Assembly (NCBI GenBank): GCA_965213705.1
Contig: OZ243913.1
Location: 3,456,001 to 3,520,000, forward strand
From: Trueperaceae bacterium
GTDB taxonomy: Bacteria > Deinococcota > Deinococci > Deinococcales > Trueperaceae
Length of the DNA stretch: 64,000 nucleotides
Direction: 5' to 3'
How positions within the stretch are numbered: the first letter of the stretch is position 1; each line of letters opens with the position of its first letter. Shown here piece after piece: positions 40,392-50,224 of this stretch. The position numbers were made by a program, and so were the translations under genes. Under the pieces are notes generated by a model. The model was not told where the DNA came from. It was given only the letters and a program-made list of their open reading frames with translations, and ran no database searches.

Positions 40392-40721
40392 TCACCCACC
40401 CTCGAGCTGCAACTGCCCGAAGCTGATGAGCAAGTCTCGAGCTACGTCGGCCGCGCCGTGGTGCAAAAAACGCCCGACGAGTCGCCAGTGCCGCGCTGAG
40501 ACGCCCAGCAGGGCGACCTCGAACGAAAAGGTGTCGAGGCGGGCCCCGCCGGGCGTGCTCGCGCTGAGCTTGAGGCTCTCGAGCAGAGCGGACGCGCGCG
40601 TGCCCATGCCCACGCCGCCCCCGTCCGGTTGCGCCGCCCGGTGCGACGCCGCGACGAGCGGCAACAACGCGAGTGCAACGCTGAGCAAAACGGGAAGGAG
40701 GTAGGAATTTCGCTTGGTCAC
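40392..40721 (-). CDS. Signal-peptide-bearing upstream ORF of secDF (candidate arrest peptide); start codon uncertain
   Basis: Basic N-terminus, hydrophobic LLPVLLSVALALLPLVAA, low-complexity linker, C-terminus LLISFGQLQLEGG; same strand, 150 bp before secDF. Confidence 0.55.
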   Translation of the reverse strand: MTKRNSYLLPVLLSVALALLPLVAASHRAAQPDGGGVGMGTRASALLESLKLSASTPGGARLDTFSFEVALLGVSARHWRLVGRFLHHGAADVARDLLISFGQLQLEGG

Positions 40722-40775
40722 AGGGTACTTTCGGTCTTTACCGTAGGCGGGCTGGGTTGTTGCTACGCCGTCTCA

Positions 40776-40831
40776 GCCTGTGGCTTGTGGCGAGTGATAG
40801 AACCACAAGCTACAAGCCACTCGCCACCGGC
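40776..40831. repeat. Inverted heptamer-repeat hairpin (GCTTGTG / CACAAGC units)
   Basis: GCCTGTG GCTTGTG GCGAGTG ATAGAAC CACAAGC TACAAGC CACTCGC CACCGGC, directly after the infB stop. Confidence 0.75.
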
Positions 40832-40834
40832 TTT

Positions 40835-42610
40835 CTAAACCGGCACTTCCACCATGTCGTAAACCTCGATAATGTCACCTTCTTGGGGGTTGTCGTAGTT
40901 TTGCAGGTTGATGCCGCATTCGAACCCGGTGCCGACCTCGCGCACGTCGTCTTTAAAGCGGCGCAGTTGGGCGACGGAACCTTTGTACACTTCCTTACCG
41001 CCTCGTATGAGCCGCGCCTTCGCGCCGCGGCGAATCGTTCCGTCGGTGACGTAAGAACCGGCGATGTTGCCACTCCTGGGCACACGGATAATCTGACGCA
41101 CTTCGGCGTGGCCGATGACTTGCTCGGCGAACTCCGGCTCGATTTGGCCGCGAATCAGGCGCTGCACGTCCTCGATGAGTTCGTAGATGATTCGGTAGGT
41201 TTTCAGCGTGACACCCTGGCGCTCGGCGGCTTTTTTGACGCTCCCGGCCGGGTTCACCCCAAAGGCCATGATGGTCGCGTCGGCGGTGCCGGCCAGCAGC
41301 AGGTCGGACTCGGTCGGCGCGCCGACCTCGGCGAGCATGAGGTTGAGGTCGACCTCGTCGGTCACGGCGGCCTCTTTGATAAGAACGCCTTTGATAGCCT
41401 CGAGCGAGCCTTGCGTGTCGGCCCGCAAAATCAGGTTGAGCGTCGTGACTTTCGTGGTGCCGAACAGGTCGGCGAGCGTCACGTTCTTTTGACCGATAAG
41501 TTCACGCTCGGCGTCTTCACGGGCTTCGCTGCGCGCGGCGGTCAAGTTTTTGGCGGTCACTTCGTCCGCTACGGCCTCGAAGGTTTCGCCGGCGGCGGGC
41601 TGGTTGCTGAAGCCCAAAATCTGCACCGGGAACGACGGCCCCGCCGCCTCGACGCGCTTGCCCGCCGAGTCGTTCATGGCGCGCACCTTGGCCCAACTGC
41701 GGCCTGACACGAGGTAGTCGGTCACGTGCAGCGTGCCTTCTTGAATAATCAGCGTCGCCAGCACGCCCGCGCGCTTGTCGAGCACCGACTCGATGATGAC
41801 GCCTTTGGCGGGTGTGTCGGCGGGCGCGCGCAGGTCCTCGACCTCGGCGACGAGGGAAATCATCTCGAGCAAATCGTCCACCCCTTGCCCGGTCTTGGCG
41901 CTGATGGGCACCACGATGGTGTCGCCGCCGAAGTCCTCGGGCACGAGTTCGACCTGCATCAGGTCTTGCTTGACCCGGTCGGGGTTGGCCTGGGGCAGGT
42001 CGATTTTGTTAATCGCCACGATGATGGGCACGCGTGCGGCCTTGGCGTGGGCGATGGCCTCGCGCGTTTGCGGCATGATGGAGTCGTCCGCGGCCACGAC
42101 CACCACGGCGATGTCGGTGGCGTTCGCGCCGCGCTGCCGAATGGCCGTGAACGCTTCGTGGCCCGGCGTGTCGATGAACGTGACCAGCCCGCGCTCGGTC
42201 TGCGCCTGGTACGCCCCGATGTGCTGGGTAATGCCGCCCGCCTCGCGCTCGGCGACGGCGGTTTTGCGGATGAAGTCGAGCAAGGAAGTCTTGCCGTGGT
42301 CGACGTGACCCATCACGGTGACGACCGGCGCGCGGGTCGGGCCGGTCGGCGCGGCTTTTTGGGGGGCGGGTTCGGCCGCGACCTGCGCCGCGCGAGCCTC
42401 GGCTGCGGCGGCGTGCTCGAGAGCCGCTTCGGCTTCGGGTGCGCCGCCTTCATCGGCGATGAGCTGCCGGATGGTGTCGGCGATGTCGCCTTCCAAGGTG
42501 CTCGAGTGCGACTTGTACTCGACGCCCATCTCGTCGAGGATGGGCAACAGGTCTTTGGACTCCATGTTCAAGTCTTTGGCTAACTGGTAAATCCTTACCT
42601 TATCGGACAT
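40835..42610 (-). CDS. infB: Translation initiation factor IF-2 (short form)
   Basis: [27 protein letters not shown]. Confidence 0.97.
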   Translation of the reverse strand: MSDKVRIYQLAKDLNMESKDLLPILDEMGVEYKSHSSTLEGDIADTIRQLIADEGGAPEAEAALEHAAAAEARAAQVAAEPAPQKAAPTGPTRAPVVTVMGHVDHGKTSLLDFIRKTAVAEREAGGITQHIGAYQAQTERGLVTFIDTPGHEAFTAIRQRGANATDIAVVVVAADDSIMPQTREAIAHAKAARVPIIVAINKIDLPQANPDRVKQDLMQVELVPEDFGGDTIVVPISAKTGQGVDDLLEMISLVAEVEDLRAPADTPAKGVIIESVLDKRAGVLATLIIQEGTLHVTDYLVSGRSWAKVRAMNDSAGKRVEAAGPSFPVQILGFSNQPAAGETFEAVADEVTAKNLTAARSEAREDAERELIGQKNVTLADLFGTTKVTTLNLILRADTQGSLEAIKGVLIKEAAVTDEVDLNLMLAEVGAPTESDLLLAGTADATIMAFGVNPAGSVKKAAERQGVTLKTYRIIYELIEDVQRLIRGQIEPEFAEQVIGHAEVRQIIRVPRSGNIAGSYVTDGTIRRGAKARLIRGGKEVYKGSVAQLRRFKDDVREVGTGFECGINLQNYDNPQEGDIIEVYDMVEVPV

Positions 42611-42944
42611 TCGTACCTCCACGGTTCGGGGTTGGGGCGGGTTTTTGAGCTGTGTTTTGGACAGGCTGAGGCGCGGGTTGTGCGCCGGTTTGCGCCACAG
42701 CGTGGTTGAGATAAGCCGAAATTTGTGCGGCGACGTGCTCGGCCTCAGCGCGGAAAAAACGTTTTAGGGCTTTAGGGCGTTGACACGTTTCCTCGTCGCG
42801 GCACAGCCACGCGCCGCGGCCGCCGCCTTTGCGCGTGGCGTCCAGCTGCCAGGCGTCTTCTACCTTGTAAAAGCGCAGCAGTTCGGCCTGCGGGCGCGAG
42901 TCGCGGCACACCACGCAGCGGCGTAAGGGGACGTGTTTCGCCAT
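42600..42944 (-). CDS. ylxR: YlxR/RnpM-family protein
   Basis: HVPLRRCVVCR...ELLRF...GRGAWLC, located between nusA and infB. Confidence 0.88.
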   Translation of the reverse strand: MAKHVPLRRCVVCRDSRPQAELLRFYKVEDAWQLDATRKGGGRGAWLCRDEETCQRPKALKRFFRAEAEHVAAQISAYLNHAVAQTGAQPAPQPVQNTAQKPAPTPNRGGTNVR

Positions 42945-42946
42945 GT

Positions 42947-44158
42947 TCAGCTCGCGGCCTCTTCGGTTGCTGTTTCGGTTTCCGCTGTTTCTGCGGGTTC
43001 GTCCGACTCGCCTTTGGGAGACCCGAACAGCGCGTCGAAGGCGGCGCGTTTGGTCTCGCTCGAGGTCTGCACCAGCGGGTCGCCTATGCGCGAGGCGGCG
43101 GCCTGCACGGCGGCGTCCAAGTCGCTTATCATCTCGGTCGCGTTGAGGTCGATTTTGTAGCCGGTGAGTTTGGCGGCCAAGCGCACGTTTTGCCCGCCCT
43201 TGCCAATCGCCAGCGAGAGCTGGTCGTTCGAGACGAGCACTTTCGCGTCTTGCTCGTCCATGTTGATTTCAATCGTGCCAACTTTCGCGGGCGAGAGCGC
43301 GTTGCGGATAAACTCGCGCGGATTGCTGTCCCACAAGATGATGTCCACACGCTCGCGCTGCAACTCGCCGGTGACCGACTGGATGCGGCTGCCGCGGTGG
43401 CCGATGCACGCGCCGATGGGGTCGACGTTCGGGTTCGAACTCGTCACGGCGACTTTCGAGCGCTGGCCCGCTTCGCGCGCGACCGCCTTGAGTTCGACGG
43501 TGCCGTCGGCGACCTCGGGGATTTCCTGGCGCATGAGGTACTGCAAGAGTTCGGGCGCGGCTCGAGACACCAAGATGCTCGGCCCACGGGCCGACTGCTC
43601 GACGTTCATCACGTACACTTTTAGGCGCATCCCAATCATGTAGCGCTCGCCGGGAATCTGCTCTTTTTGCGGCATGATGGCCTCGCCGCGGCCCAGGTCC
43701 ACAAAGGCGTTGCGCTTGTTGTCGGTGCGCGACACGATGCCGGTGATGACCTCGCCCGCGCGGTCCTTGTACTCTTCAAAGACGATGGAGCGTTCGGCCT
43801 CGCGGATTTTTTGGGTGATGACCTGCTTCGTCGTTTGCACCGCGATGCGCGTGAACTTGTCCGGGTCGACCGGAAACTCCATCTCCATGCCGACCTCGAC
43901 CGTGTCGTCTAAGTCCAGGGCCTCGCTCAGCAAAATCTCTTTGTCCTCGTCTTCGATTTCCTCGACCACGCGCCGCACCACCAGCACGTCGATTTCGCCG
44001 GTGTTCGGGTCGATTTCGACCTCGATGGTCTTGCCCGGCTCGACGTTGCGCTCGTACGCTTGCTCCAAGGACTCCTCGAACGAGGTCAACAGCTGCATCT
44101 TGTCTAAGTTGCGTTCGGCAGCGAGTTGGTTGAGGGCGTCTATAAATTCTTTGTTCAT
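42947..44158 (-). CDS. nusA: Transcription termination factor NusA
   Basis: RIAVQTTKQ, EIPEV.DG, REAGQRSKVAV, SLAIGKGGQNVRLA. Confidence 0.97.
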   Translation of the reverse strand: MNKEFIDALNQLAAERNLDKMQLLTSFEESLEQAYERNVEPGKTIEVEIDPNTGEIDVLVVRRVVEEIEDEDKEILLSEALDLDDTVEVGMEMEFPVDPDKFTRIAVQTTKQVITQKIREAERSIVFEEYKDRAGEVITGIVSRTDNKRNAFVDLGRGEAIMPQKEQIPGERYMIGMRLKVYVMNVEQSARGPSILVSRAAPELLQYLMRQEIPEVADGTVELKAVAREAGQRSKVAVTSSNPNVDPIGACIGHRGSRIQSVTGELQRERVDIILWDSNPREFIRNALSPAKVGTIEINMDEQDAKVLVSNDQLSLAIGKGGQNVRLAAKLTGYKIDLNATEMISDLDAAVQAAASRIGDPLVQTSSETKRAAFDALFGSPKGESDEPAETAETETATEEAAS

Positions 44159-44233
44159 CGTTATGCTCCTATTCAATTGTAATTTTCAGAGGTGTCATCT
44201 CTGAATGAATCAGGGAGGTGCCTCTAAGTTCTT

Positions 44234-44674
44234 CTAACGAGGTTCGCTCGGCCACTCGGCCAGTCGAGCTTGGATGTCCGCAAGCTTGTACCGCTTCGTT
44301 TCTTTGCCGACCTCGAGCACCACTTCGTCCCCGTCGACCCCGCGGATAGTTCCCTTGAAGGTCTCGTTACCCGTGCGGACTTTGGTCTGCAAGTCGTGAA
44401 ACCGCTCGAAGTGCCGCGCTGTAAACAGGGGCCGTTCAGAACCCGGCGACTCGACCTCTAATTCGTAAGGCTCGGCAAACGGGTCCAAACGGTCGAGTTC
44501 GAGGCCGAACACCTGCGTCGCCAGCGTCACGTCTTCCATCGACACGAGTTGCTCGTCCAAACGGTCGATGCGGAGCAGCAAGCGCCGCTTTTTCCCTTGG
44601 CCCGTGCGCTCCAGCTCCAGCACCTCGAAGCCGAGCGGCTCCAGCACCTCTCGAGCAGCTTGTGCCAAGTCCAT
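44234..44674 (-). CDS. rimP: Ribosome maturation factor RimP
   Basis: LRIDR...LDRLDP...YELEVESPG.ERPL; first gene of the nusA operon. Confidence 0.93.
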   Translation of the reverse strand: MDLAQAAREVLEPLGFEVLELERTGQGKKRRLLLRIDRLDEQLVSMEDVTLATQVFGLELDRLDPFAEPYELEVESPGSERPLFTARHFERFHDLQTKVRTGNETFKGTIRGVDGDEVVLEVGKETKRYKLADIQARLAEWPSEPR

Positions 44675-44722
44675 ACAACCTCCTACACTCTCGCTTAAAC
44701 CTTCTAAACCTCCCGCCCCAAC

Positions 44723-44751
44723 AAAAAAGGCGGCGTGCTACGCACCCACCC
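44723..44751 (-). promoter_or_regulatory. rimP-leader terminator-like hairpin
   Basis: GGGTGGGTGC-GTA-GCACGCCGCC-TTTTTT about 50 nt before rimP, a position where a conserved leader hairpin is known. Confidence 0.5.
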
Positions 44752-44945
44752 TCGCGGTAGACGGGATTATTCCAAACGGCAGTATACAGCTTCAGGCGTG
44801 CTTGTGGCAAATCACAGCGACAAAAAGTCAGGCGTCAGCTTCAACCCAAACAGATACGCCTGGCACCGTCGTCAAGAAGTCTCAGCTAAACTGAGGTTCG
44901 TCGGTGGAGGTTGCCGGGACTTTGAACGTTCAGAAAGGCGTGGAG

Positions 44946-45875
44946 ATGAGAGGTTTTGCGAAACACGCGACGCGGTTTGGCCTGAGTTTTTTCCTGCTGC
45001 TCGGCTGGGTTTGGGCGCAAGAAGTCGTGCCCGTTTACGAGGGGCAGCGAGCTTACCTGGACGCCCTGCAAGCCGAGCCCGGGCTGCTGTCCAGGGAAAA
45101 GCTGGCACGCTTCGACCAACTCGTCCTCTCACCCTATGCCGAGCCGTGTGCGGAAGGATATGAAACCGGTTTTGTCGCAAGTTACTTTTACGACCGGGTC
45201 GTGGACGCACCGGCTTTTACGGACGCCCTGGAACAGCTTATCGCCGCCAGCGCCGACGTTGAAGAAGCCGTTGGGCGAGCTATGGCGACTGTAACGCCGC
45301 TGCTGCCCGCAGCCCCCATCACCTTTTGCCTTCTCGTTCCTCGTCCCGACGATGCCCTCGAGACCGAAATTATTAAGAAGATGGGCGGCGCGGCAGGCTC
45401 TGTAGGCTCCTCGTACGTCGTCCACTTGCAGGTGTATCCCCAGGAAGGGTGGCTCGAGCGGCTCGAGTACGTCGTCGCCCACGAGTACCACCACGCCGTT
45501 TTAGCTCAGCGCTTCCCGAACGGCCTCGGAGAATTTGACCTGCTGGCCTACCTCGTCCACGAAGGAAAAGCCGACAGCTTCGCCCACCTCGCCTACCCCG
45601 AGGTTCGAGCGCCCTGGACCAGCGCCCTGACGACCGACCAGGAGCGTGAACAGTGGCGGGCGTTGCAGCCGCTGCTTACGGCGACCCCGGCAACAAACCC
45701 GTCGCTATTTCGAAACGCGATGTTCGGCTCTAGCGCTTTTCCGACCTGGACGGGCTACACCGTCGGCTTTCACATCGTGCAGGCCTTTTTGCAAAGGCAT
45801 CCCGAGACGAGTGTCGAAGCGTGGACGGCGCTGGACGCGCAGACGATACTGGAGCAAAGCGGCTACAGTCCTTGA
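44946..45875 (+). CDS. Secreted DUF2268-type putative Zn-dependent protease
   Basis: Signal peptide, AHEYHH, EGKADSFA, W.GY.VGF.IV. Confidence 0.8.
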   Translation: MRGFAKHATRFGLSFFLLLGWVWAQEVVPVYEGQRAYLDALQAEPGLLSREKLARFDQLVLSPYAEPCAEGYETGFVASYFYDRVVDAPAFTDALEQLIAASADVEEAVGRAMATVTPLLPAAPITFCLLVPRPDDALETEIIKKMGGAAGSVGSSYVVHLQVYPQEGWLERLEYVVAHEYHHAVLAQRFPNGLGEFDLLAYLVHEGKADSFAHLAYPEVRAPWTSALTTDQEREQWRALQPLLTATPATNPSLFRNAMFGSSAFPTWTGYTVGFHIVQAFLQRHPETSVEAWTALDAQTILEQSGYSP

Positions 45876-45970
45876 TGAATTTTAGGGCTGCAGCCGAGCT
45901 GGCACCTGCACCGGCGGCGCAGAGCTTACGAAACCCCGAACCCCGCACCTTCCTATCAAGTCTCTTAGAA

Positions 45971-46002
45971 AGGCCGGTCAGGCTAGCTAGCCTGACCGGC
46001 CT
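45971..46002. terminator. Perfect 32-bp palindrome between convergent genes
   Basis: AGGCCGGTCAGGCTAG CTAGCCTGACCGGCCT. Confidence 0.7.
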
Positions 46003-46035
46003 CGTAATTGTTCGGTTAACCCTCGTCGAAAAAGT

Positions 46036-46500
46036 CTACTCTTCGCTCTTTTGCTCGTCCTGAACGTCCACGTCCTCGGACTTGCCCTGCGACGACCTCA
46101 CCTCGACTTTGCGCGGCTTGGTGCTTTCGGAGCGCGGCACGGTGAGAGTCAGCACGCCGCGCTCGTACTCAGCCTCGACTTTTGTGAGGTCGAAGCTGGT
46201 GGGAATGGTGAAGTTGCGACTGAACTCGCCCTTGGGCCGACCCTGGTAGTGAACGGTCTGGTTCTCGTCTTTTTGGTAGTGCCGGGTCGCTTTGACGGTC
46301 AGGTTGTTTTGCTCGGTGCTCACGTCCAAACTGCCGTCGTCGACGTCGGGTAAGTCAAGGTAGATAAACAAGCCTTCGGTGTCTTCGACGATGTCGGTGG
46401 CCGGTGCCCAGGCTCCCACGCTTTCTTCCCCCTTTGTCACGCGGCTTAAACGGCGCTGCATGTCTTCCAGCTCTTGCCACGGATTCCAACTTTGTAACAT
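46036..46500 (-). CDS. Hsp20 small heat-shock protein
   Basis: WAPATDIVE...LDLP...GEFSRNFTIP...AEYERGVLTLTVP; GGGAGG RBS before the ATG at 46500. Confidence 0.92.
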   Translation of the reverse strand: MLQSWNPWQELEDMQRRLSRVTKGEESVGAWAPATDIVEDTEGLFIYLDLPDVDDGSLDVSTEQNNLTVKATRHYQKDENQTVHYQGRPKGEFSRNFTIPTSFDLTKVEAEYERGVLTLTVPRSESTKPRKVEVRSSQGKSEDVDVQDEQKSEE

Positions 46501-46556
46501 GACTGCCTCCCAACGGTCAGGATAGGAAGCGGGACAAACCGTGAAAGTAGGAACCC

Positions 46557-47894
46557 TTACGAATCCAGCGAGAAGCCGTTGTTGCGAACGGTTTCCTGAT
46601 ACCAGAAGTAAGAATCCTTGGGATAGCGCGCCTGGTCGTGATAATCCACGTAGACGATACCGAAGCGTTTGTCGTAGCCTTCCGCCCACTCGAAGTTGTC
46701 CAGCAGCGACCACACGAAGTAGCCGCCGACGTTCGCGCCCGCTTGCAACGCGCGGTGTACAGCCTGCAGGTAGGCCGCCAGGTAGGCGACACGCTTCTCG
46801 TCGTGAACCTCGTTTTTCGCGTCCAAAGTATCGGGAAAAGCCGCTCCGTTCTCAGTGACGAACACCTGCGGGTTGCCGTAGTTTTCCTTGAGGTCAACGA
46901 GCTGCTCAAAGAGCGCGTCCGGATAAACTTCCCAGCCCATGCCGGTCAGTTCGGCGTCGGGGGGCGGGGCGGCCTGGCTCATGCCGACGAGGCTGGCTTT
47001 GTCGGCCTTGACGAGCACACGCGTGTACAAGTTGAGACCCAAGAAGTCCAGCGGTTGCTGAACGAGACCCAAGTCCCCGTCTTGCACGTGAGGGGCCAAC
47101 ATCGCGCTCGTCAACTCGGGGTAAGTGCCTTTGAGAAGCGGGTCGAGGTAGGTGCGGTTCCAGAGCGCGTCGAACAGGGCGGCGGCGGCGGCGTCCTCTT
47201 CCGTGTCCGACTCGGGGTGGACGGGCTGCAAACTTAAGACGGTGCCGAGCTGCCAACTGCCGTTTGTGCTCCGCAACCGCGACAGCGCCGTGCCCGTGGC
47301 GAGGTTCAGGTGATGCGTCGCCGCGCCGTAAGCAACGATGTCGGTTAGGCCGGGCGCGTGAAGGCCGAACAGGTGGCCGAGCAACGCGACCACGCTGGGC
47401 TCGTTCATCATCACGAAGTGTTCCACACGGTCGCCGTACTGCTCGGCCGCATACGCCGCGTAGTCGGCAAAGTAGTGAACCGTGTCGCGGCTCGTCCAAC
47501 CGCCCTTGTCCTGCAGGGCTTGCGGCAAGTCCCAGTGGTAAAAACACAACCAGGGCTCGACGCTTTGGCTCAGCAACTCGTCGATAAGCCGGTCATAGAA
47601 GTCGCGGCCTTTGGCGTTCGGCTTACCGCGACCTTCGGGAAACAGGCGCGGCCAAGCGGTCGAGAAACGATAGGCGTCCAAGCCGAGGTCGGCCAGCAGT
47701 TTCACGTCTTGTTTATAGAGGTGGTAATGGTCGCAGGCTACGTCGCCGGTGTCACCGCCCACGACCTTGCCCGGCGTGTGGCTGAACGTGTCCCAGATGC
47801 TGCGGCCCCGGCCGTCCGCCTGAACGGCCCCTTCAATTTGATAAGCCGCGGTCGACGCTCCCCAGACAAACCCGGCCGGAAATTCGATGTCCAC
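46557..47894 (-). CDS. GH1 beta-glucosidase
   Basis: FVWGASTAAYQIEG, YHWDLP, NEP, VTENG, DNFEWAEGY. Confidence 0.95.
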   Translation of the reverse strand: MDIEFPAGFVWGASTAAYQIEGAVQADGRGRSIWDTFSHTPGKVVGGDTGDVACDHYHLYKQDVKLLADLGLDAYRFSTAWPRLFPEGRGKPNAKGRDFYDRLIDELLSQSVEPWLCFYHWDLPQALQDKGGWTSRDTVHYFADYAAYAAEQYGDRVEHFVMMNEPSVVALLGHLFGLHAPGLTDIVAYGAATHHLNLATGTALSRLRSTNGSWQLGTVLSLQPVHPESDTEEDAAAAALFDALWNRTYLDPLLKGTYPELTSAMLAPHVQDGDLGLVQQPLDFLGLNLYTRVLVKADKASLVGMSQAAPPPDAELTGMGWEVYPDALFEQLVDLKENYGNPQVFVTENGAAFPDTLDAKNEVHDEKRVAYLAAYLQAVHRALQAGANVGGYFVWSLLDNFEWAEGYDKRFGIVYVDYHDQARYPKDSYFWYQETVRNNGFSLDS

Positions 47895-48313
47895 AAGTGT
47901 GCCCCTTTCGTAACGGCCTCAGCTTACCTCTCCGGCCCACAGAACGTGAAAGGCAGGCTGCTGTAAGGCTTTGTTGCTTATAAGTCTTTGCTGCTTGTAA
48001 ATCTTTGTTGCTCAAAAGGCCTTGGTGCCTGAGCAGACCCGGCTTTGACTTGCCAAGCTCGTTTGCAGCTCGAGCATCGCGAGGAGCCTCGTTCGTGGTA
48101 AAGCGAAGGAAAATGTTTATTCTACCGAGTTCGAACCCGGACCGGCGGTCTGGCGCGGGCTCGAGCCAGCCGACCTCAAGTGCACTCGACATTCGGGGCC
48201 GGGCGCGTTCGGTGCCGGGCGTTCGGTGCGGGTTTTTAAGACCTCGAGAACACCGGCGCGGGGCCGGGGCCTCGCTCGGTTCGCGCCCACTCTGCGGTAT
48301 GGTGGGCGGCGCT

Positions 48314-49216
48314 GTGCCCGCTACCTCGCCTCCACCCAAACGTGTTTACGCGGTTTTGAGCGTCGGCCTTGTCGCGGTGAGTTTGGCGGCTATTTTTATC
48401 CGCCTCGCCGACACGAACCCGCTGATCGTCGCGGCCTACCGTATGGCGCTGGCGAGCTTGGCGCTGTTGCCCTGGAGCCTGCCCGCGCTGCGCCGCGCCA
48501 AGTTTACGCGCGCCAACACCCTTTACGCCGTGCTGGCGGGCTTTTTTTTAGGGTTACACTTCGTCACCTGGATAAGCTCGCTGGCTTACACGAGCGTGGC
48601 GGCCAGCGTGAGTCTGGTCGCGTCGCAACCCTTGTGGGTGGCGCTGTTGGGCTGGCTGTTCGCCGGGCTGGCCCCGTCGTTTCTGACCTTGCTCGGGGTG
48701 GTGACGGCGGTAGCCGGGGGAGCGCTTATCGGCTTTGGCGACTTTGGTAGCGGCGCGGCCCCGCTGCTCGGTGACGCGCTCGCCGTAACCGGGGCCGTGG
48801 CCGGAGCGGCTTACTTTTTGCTGGGCCGCGCCGCGCAACGCCAGGGTTTGAGCTTGAACGCTTACGTCGGGGTAGCTTACGGCGTGGCGGCCGTTTTTCT
48901 CCTACCTCTGCCCTGGTTTGCGGGTGTGTCTTACGGCGGGTACAGCGCCGAGACCCTGGTGTGGGTAGTTCTGCTCGCGCTCATCCCGCAGCTTGTCGGT
49001 CACACGGGCATCAACTATGCGTTGCGTTACCTCTCCCCTACCCTGGTGGCGACGGCGGTGCTGCTCGAGCCCGTCGGCGCAGTCTTGTTGGCGGTGCTCG
49101 TCTTTGCAGAATTTCCGTCTTGGGTGACGGTGGTCGGCGCTGCCGTTTTGCTGGCCGGGGTCATGTTCACCGTTCAGGGCAGCCGCTACGCTGACCCGGC
49201 AGGTCAAGCTGACTGA
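48314..49216 (+). CDS. DMT/EamA-family transporter (start approximate)
   Basis: About ten hydrophobic helices; HFVTWISSL.YTSVA, PQLVGH, LLEPVGA. Confidence 0.88.
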   Translation: MPATSPPPKRVYAVLSVGLVAVSLAAIFIRLADTNPLIVAAYRMALASLALLPWSLPALRRAKFTRANTLYAVLAGFFLGLHFVTWISSLAYTSVAASVSLVASQPLWVALLGWLFAGLAPSFLTLLGVVTAVAGGALIGFGDFGSGAAPLLGDALAVTGAVAGAAYFLLGRAAQRQGLSLNAYVGVAYGVAAVFLLPLPWFAGVSYGGYSAETLVWVVLLALIPQLVGHTGINYALRYLSPTLVATAVLLEPVGAVLLAVLVFAEFPSWVTVVGAAVLLAGVMFTVQGSRYADPAGQAD

Positions 49217-49597
49217 GCACTGCGCGGGGACAGGCTCGAGCCTGCCGGGGAAAAGGGACCAGCGTCGACCCGCCCTGAGGGCACAGCGGAGGACACACAG
49301 CAAACCCCCAGGCCTTCGGTTCGCCGACCCGTTTCGACCCACTGCACCACCCGTTATGCAACCCGTCACGTAAAAGTATGCAAGGCTTCAGTTTTTCTGC
49401 TATACTGCCCTACGTGAGCGCGATTTTGAACTCTCCGGGATTTATTTTAAACGCGCTCGGTACAAGCCACGCCAAAAACTGTCTTTATTAGGTTCTTCGG
49501 CCCAGAGCCGTGGGGCCTTTTGGTGTGTTTGTGTGTGGCGAAAGTGAGTGACCAGCAAAACCAAATACGCAAGTGACAGTCTGAAGGGAGCTTGATT

Positions 49598-50104
49598 TTG
49601 AAAGAAATGTCCAAAATGTTCAAGAGTGGCGACCAGGTCGTCCTACCGCCCTACGGTGTAGGCGTCGTGTCGGGCACCATGACGCGTATGGTCGCAGGCG
49701 CCGAGTCGAAGTATTACCAGGTCGACTTTCCCAACGGCACCTCGCGCGCTTACGTGCCGGTGCAAGCGCCGCAAAAGGCCGGTCTCCGGCCCGCCCTGAC
49801 CGAAGAAGAGGTGCGCGCCGTGACCGAACGCCTCGTCGACGGCCACGTTACTCTGCCCAAGCAGTGGGCGGCGCGCCACCGCAAAGTCACCGAAATTTTG
49901 ACGAGCGGCGACCCCTACCAAATCGCCACCTTGGCGAGCGAGTTGCGCCGCTGGGACTTAGAACGCGGTCTGCCCGACTTAGACCGCCAGGCATACCGCC
50001 GCGCCCTGCGCCTGCTCGCCGGCGAAATCAGCGCGGTGCTCAACATTTCGACCAAAGAGGCGAGAGCCTTGATGGAAGTCGACGACGACACCGAACTGAA
50101 CTAA
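49598..50104 (+). CDS. carD: CarD transcription factor (start 49592-49616 uncertain)
   Basis: FKSGDQVVLPPYGVG, AYVPV, GLRP, and the conserved W in KQWAARHR. Confidence 0.92.
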   Translation: MKEMSKMFKSGDQVVLPPYGVGVVSGTMTRMVAGAESKYYQVDFPNGTSRAYVPVQAPQKAGLRPALTEEEVRAVTERLVDGHVTLPKQWAARHRKVTEILTSGDPYQIATLASELRRWDLERGLPDLDRQAYRRALRLLAGEISAVLNISTKEARALMEVDDDTELN

Positions 50105-50126
50105 AACAAAACCAACCCGATACTAC

Positions 50127-50152
50127 AGCCGAGCTTTGCGCTCGGCTTTTTT
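50127..50152 (+). terminator. carD terminator
   Basis: AGCCGAGC-TTTGC-GCTCGGCT-TTTTT. Confidence 0.8.
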
Positions 50153-50224
50153 GTGAGCGGTCGGCAGTTCGCTCCTGTGGCGCGTTCACGGGCTACACAC
50201 ACGCTTGCTTCAAAAACAAACTTA

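Noticed and set aside
49401..49597. Leaderless 25-aa ORF or structured RNA in the long carD leader (TATACT at 49401, GTG at 49414)
   Set aside because: No recognisable motif or supporting structure beyond a weak hairpin; cannot be supported from sequence alone.
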